A stretch of 64,000 nucleotides of DNA, taken from positions 1,671,611 to 1,735,610 of the forward strand of contig JAWQFM010000006.1 of assembly GCA_033442325.1 (NCBI GenBank). The letters are read 5' to 3'. Under the pieces are notes generated by a model. That model was not told the DNA's origin. It ran no database searches and saw only the letters and a list, made by a program, of their open reading frames with translations. Within the stretch, counting starts at the first letter, position 1, and each line of letters opens with the position of its first letter. The translations under genes were made by a program, and so were the position numbers. Source of the DNA: Salpingoeca rosetta. Lineage: Eukaryota > Protista > Choanoflagellata. Below are positions 63,359 through 64,000 of this stretch, piece by piece.

Positions 63359-63758
63359 GTGTATGTGTGTGTGTGTGCGTGTGTGTTGTGCGTCGTGTGT
63401 GTGTTGGTGTGTTGTGGGGGGGGGGTTCATGTGCAGCCGCGCTTTCACACACGTTGTTGTATTGCTCTGACGCATGCGATGCTGGGTGTTGTTGTATCAT
63501 TCTTGCTTGCTGTGTTCACTCACTTGCACTCACTTGCACTCACTTGCATCACGGACCACAGCATGCTTGAGGGGCTCGTGCACGAGAAGGGGTGGGACCT
63601 GAACGTTCTTCAGTTCCCTGCAAGCATGCACATCTGCGTGACGATGGCCCACTCGTCGCCGGGCCTGGCTGACCACTTCCTCGCCGACCTGGCCGACACC
63701 ACCGCCGTCCTCATGAAGTCGCCCCAGCAGAAGGTGTGCTTGGGGAGGGGGGAACATA

Positions 63759-63789
<31 letters not shown>

Positions 63790-63817
63790 GTGTGCGTGTG
63801 TGTGTGCGCGTGTTCGT

Positions 63818-63869
<52 letters not shown>

Positions 63870-64000
63870 GTGTTTGTGTTCGCATCAGTGTGTTTCATTT
63901 TTATGAATCGTTGTGTGTGCCGTTTGACAGTGTGCGGGCGGTTTGTCGCTGCGTGTTCTTTGCTGTTTCCTTTCACAGTTCTCATTCCACACGCTCGTGT
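59428..64000 (+). CDS. SGPL1: Sphingosine-1-phosphate lyase (PLP-dependent), multi-exon, 3'-truncated by the window end
   Basis: N-terminal TM segment, then [72 protein letters not shown] and [10 protein letters not shown]. Confidence 0.95.

Noticed and set aside
59428-64000. S1P lyase as a link to sensing of bacterial sulfonolipids
   Set aside because: It is an ordinary conserved SGPL1, and nothing in the sequence supports a special role.

Overview
This is compact, intron-rich eukaryotic genomic DNA with two assembly gaps (29986-30708 and 46203-46302). Most introns carry (TG)n or (CA)n microsatellites, so most of the supplied ORF track is repeat noise. Composition, intron style and gene content suggest a unicellular holozoan, most likely a choanoflagellate such as Salpingoeca rosetta (inference). 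I spliced about 22 genes by eye using GT-AG boundaries. In order they are: the 3' end of a Tyr-motif receptor, HSD17B14-like SDR, kynureninase, TAF1, NAA10, animal-type UPRT, a bacterial-like GNAT, QPRT, DIM1/TXNL4A, a class I heme peroxidase cut by a gap, UDP-galactopyranose mutase, NEPRO/Rmp1-like, RJL/DNAJC27, an orphan, mannonate dehydratase UxuA, a PH protein, a complexin-like protein, SMG9, an Erf4-like protein, RNase J, saccharopine dehydrogenase LYS1 and S1P lyase (truncated). Five observations stand out. (1) An intronless bacterial-type RNase J has a textbook mitochondrial presequence. (2) Introns show a consistent 5'-(UG)n...(CA)n-3' polarity of complementary microsatellites that could bridge splice sites. 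(3) There is a complexin-like gene. (4) TAF1 has lost its zinc knuckle and keeps one degenerate bromodomain. (5) Several enzymes are non-animal or probably horizontally acquired (UxuA, GNAT, UGM, APX-like). All family calls rest on recalled motifs, not database searches. Gene coordinates are whole-gene spans including introns.
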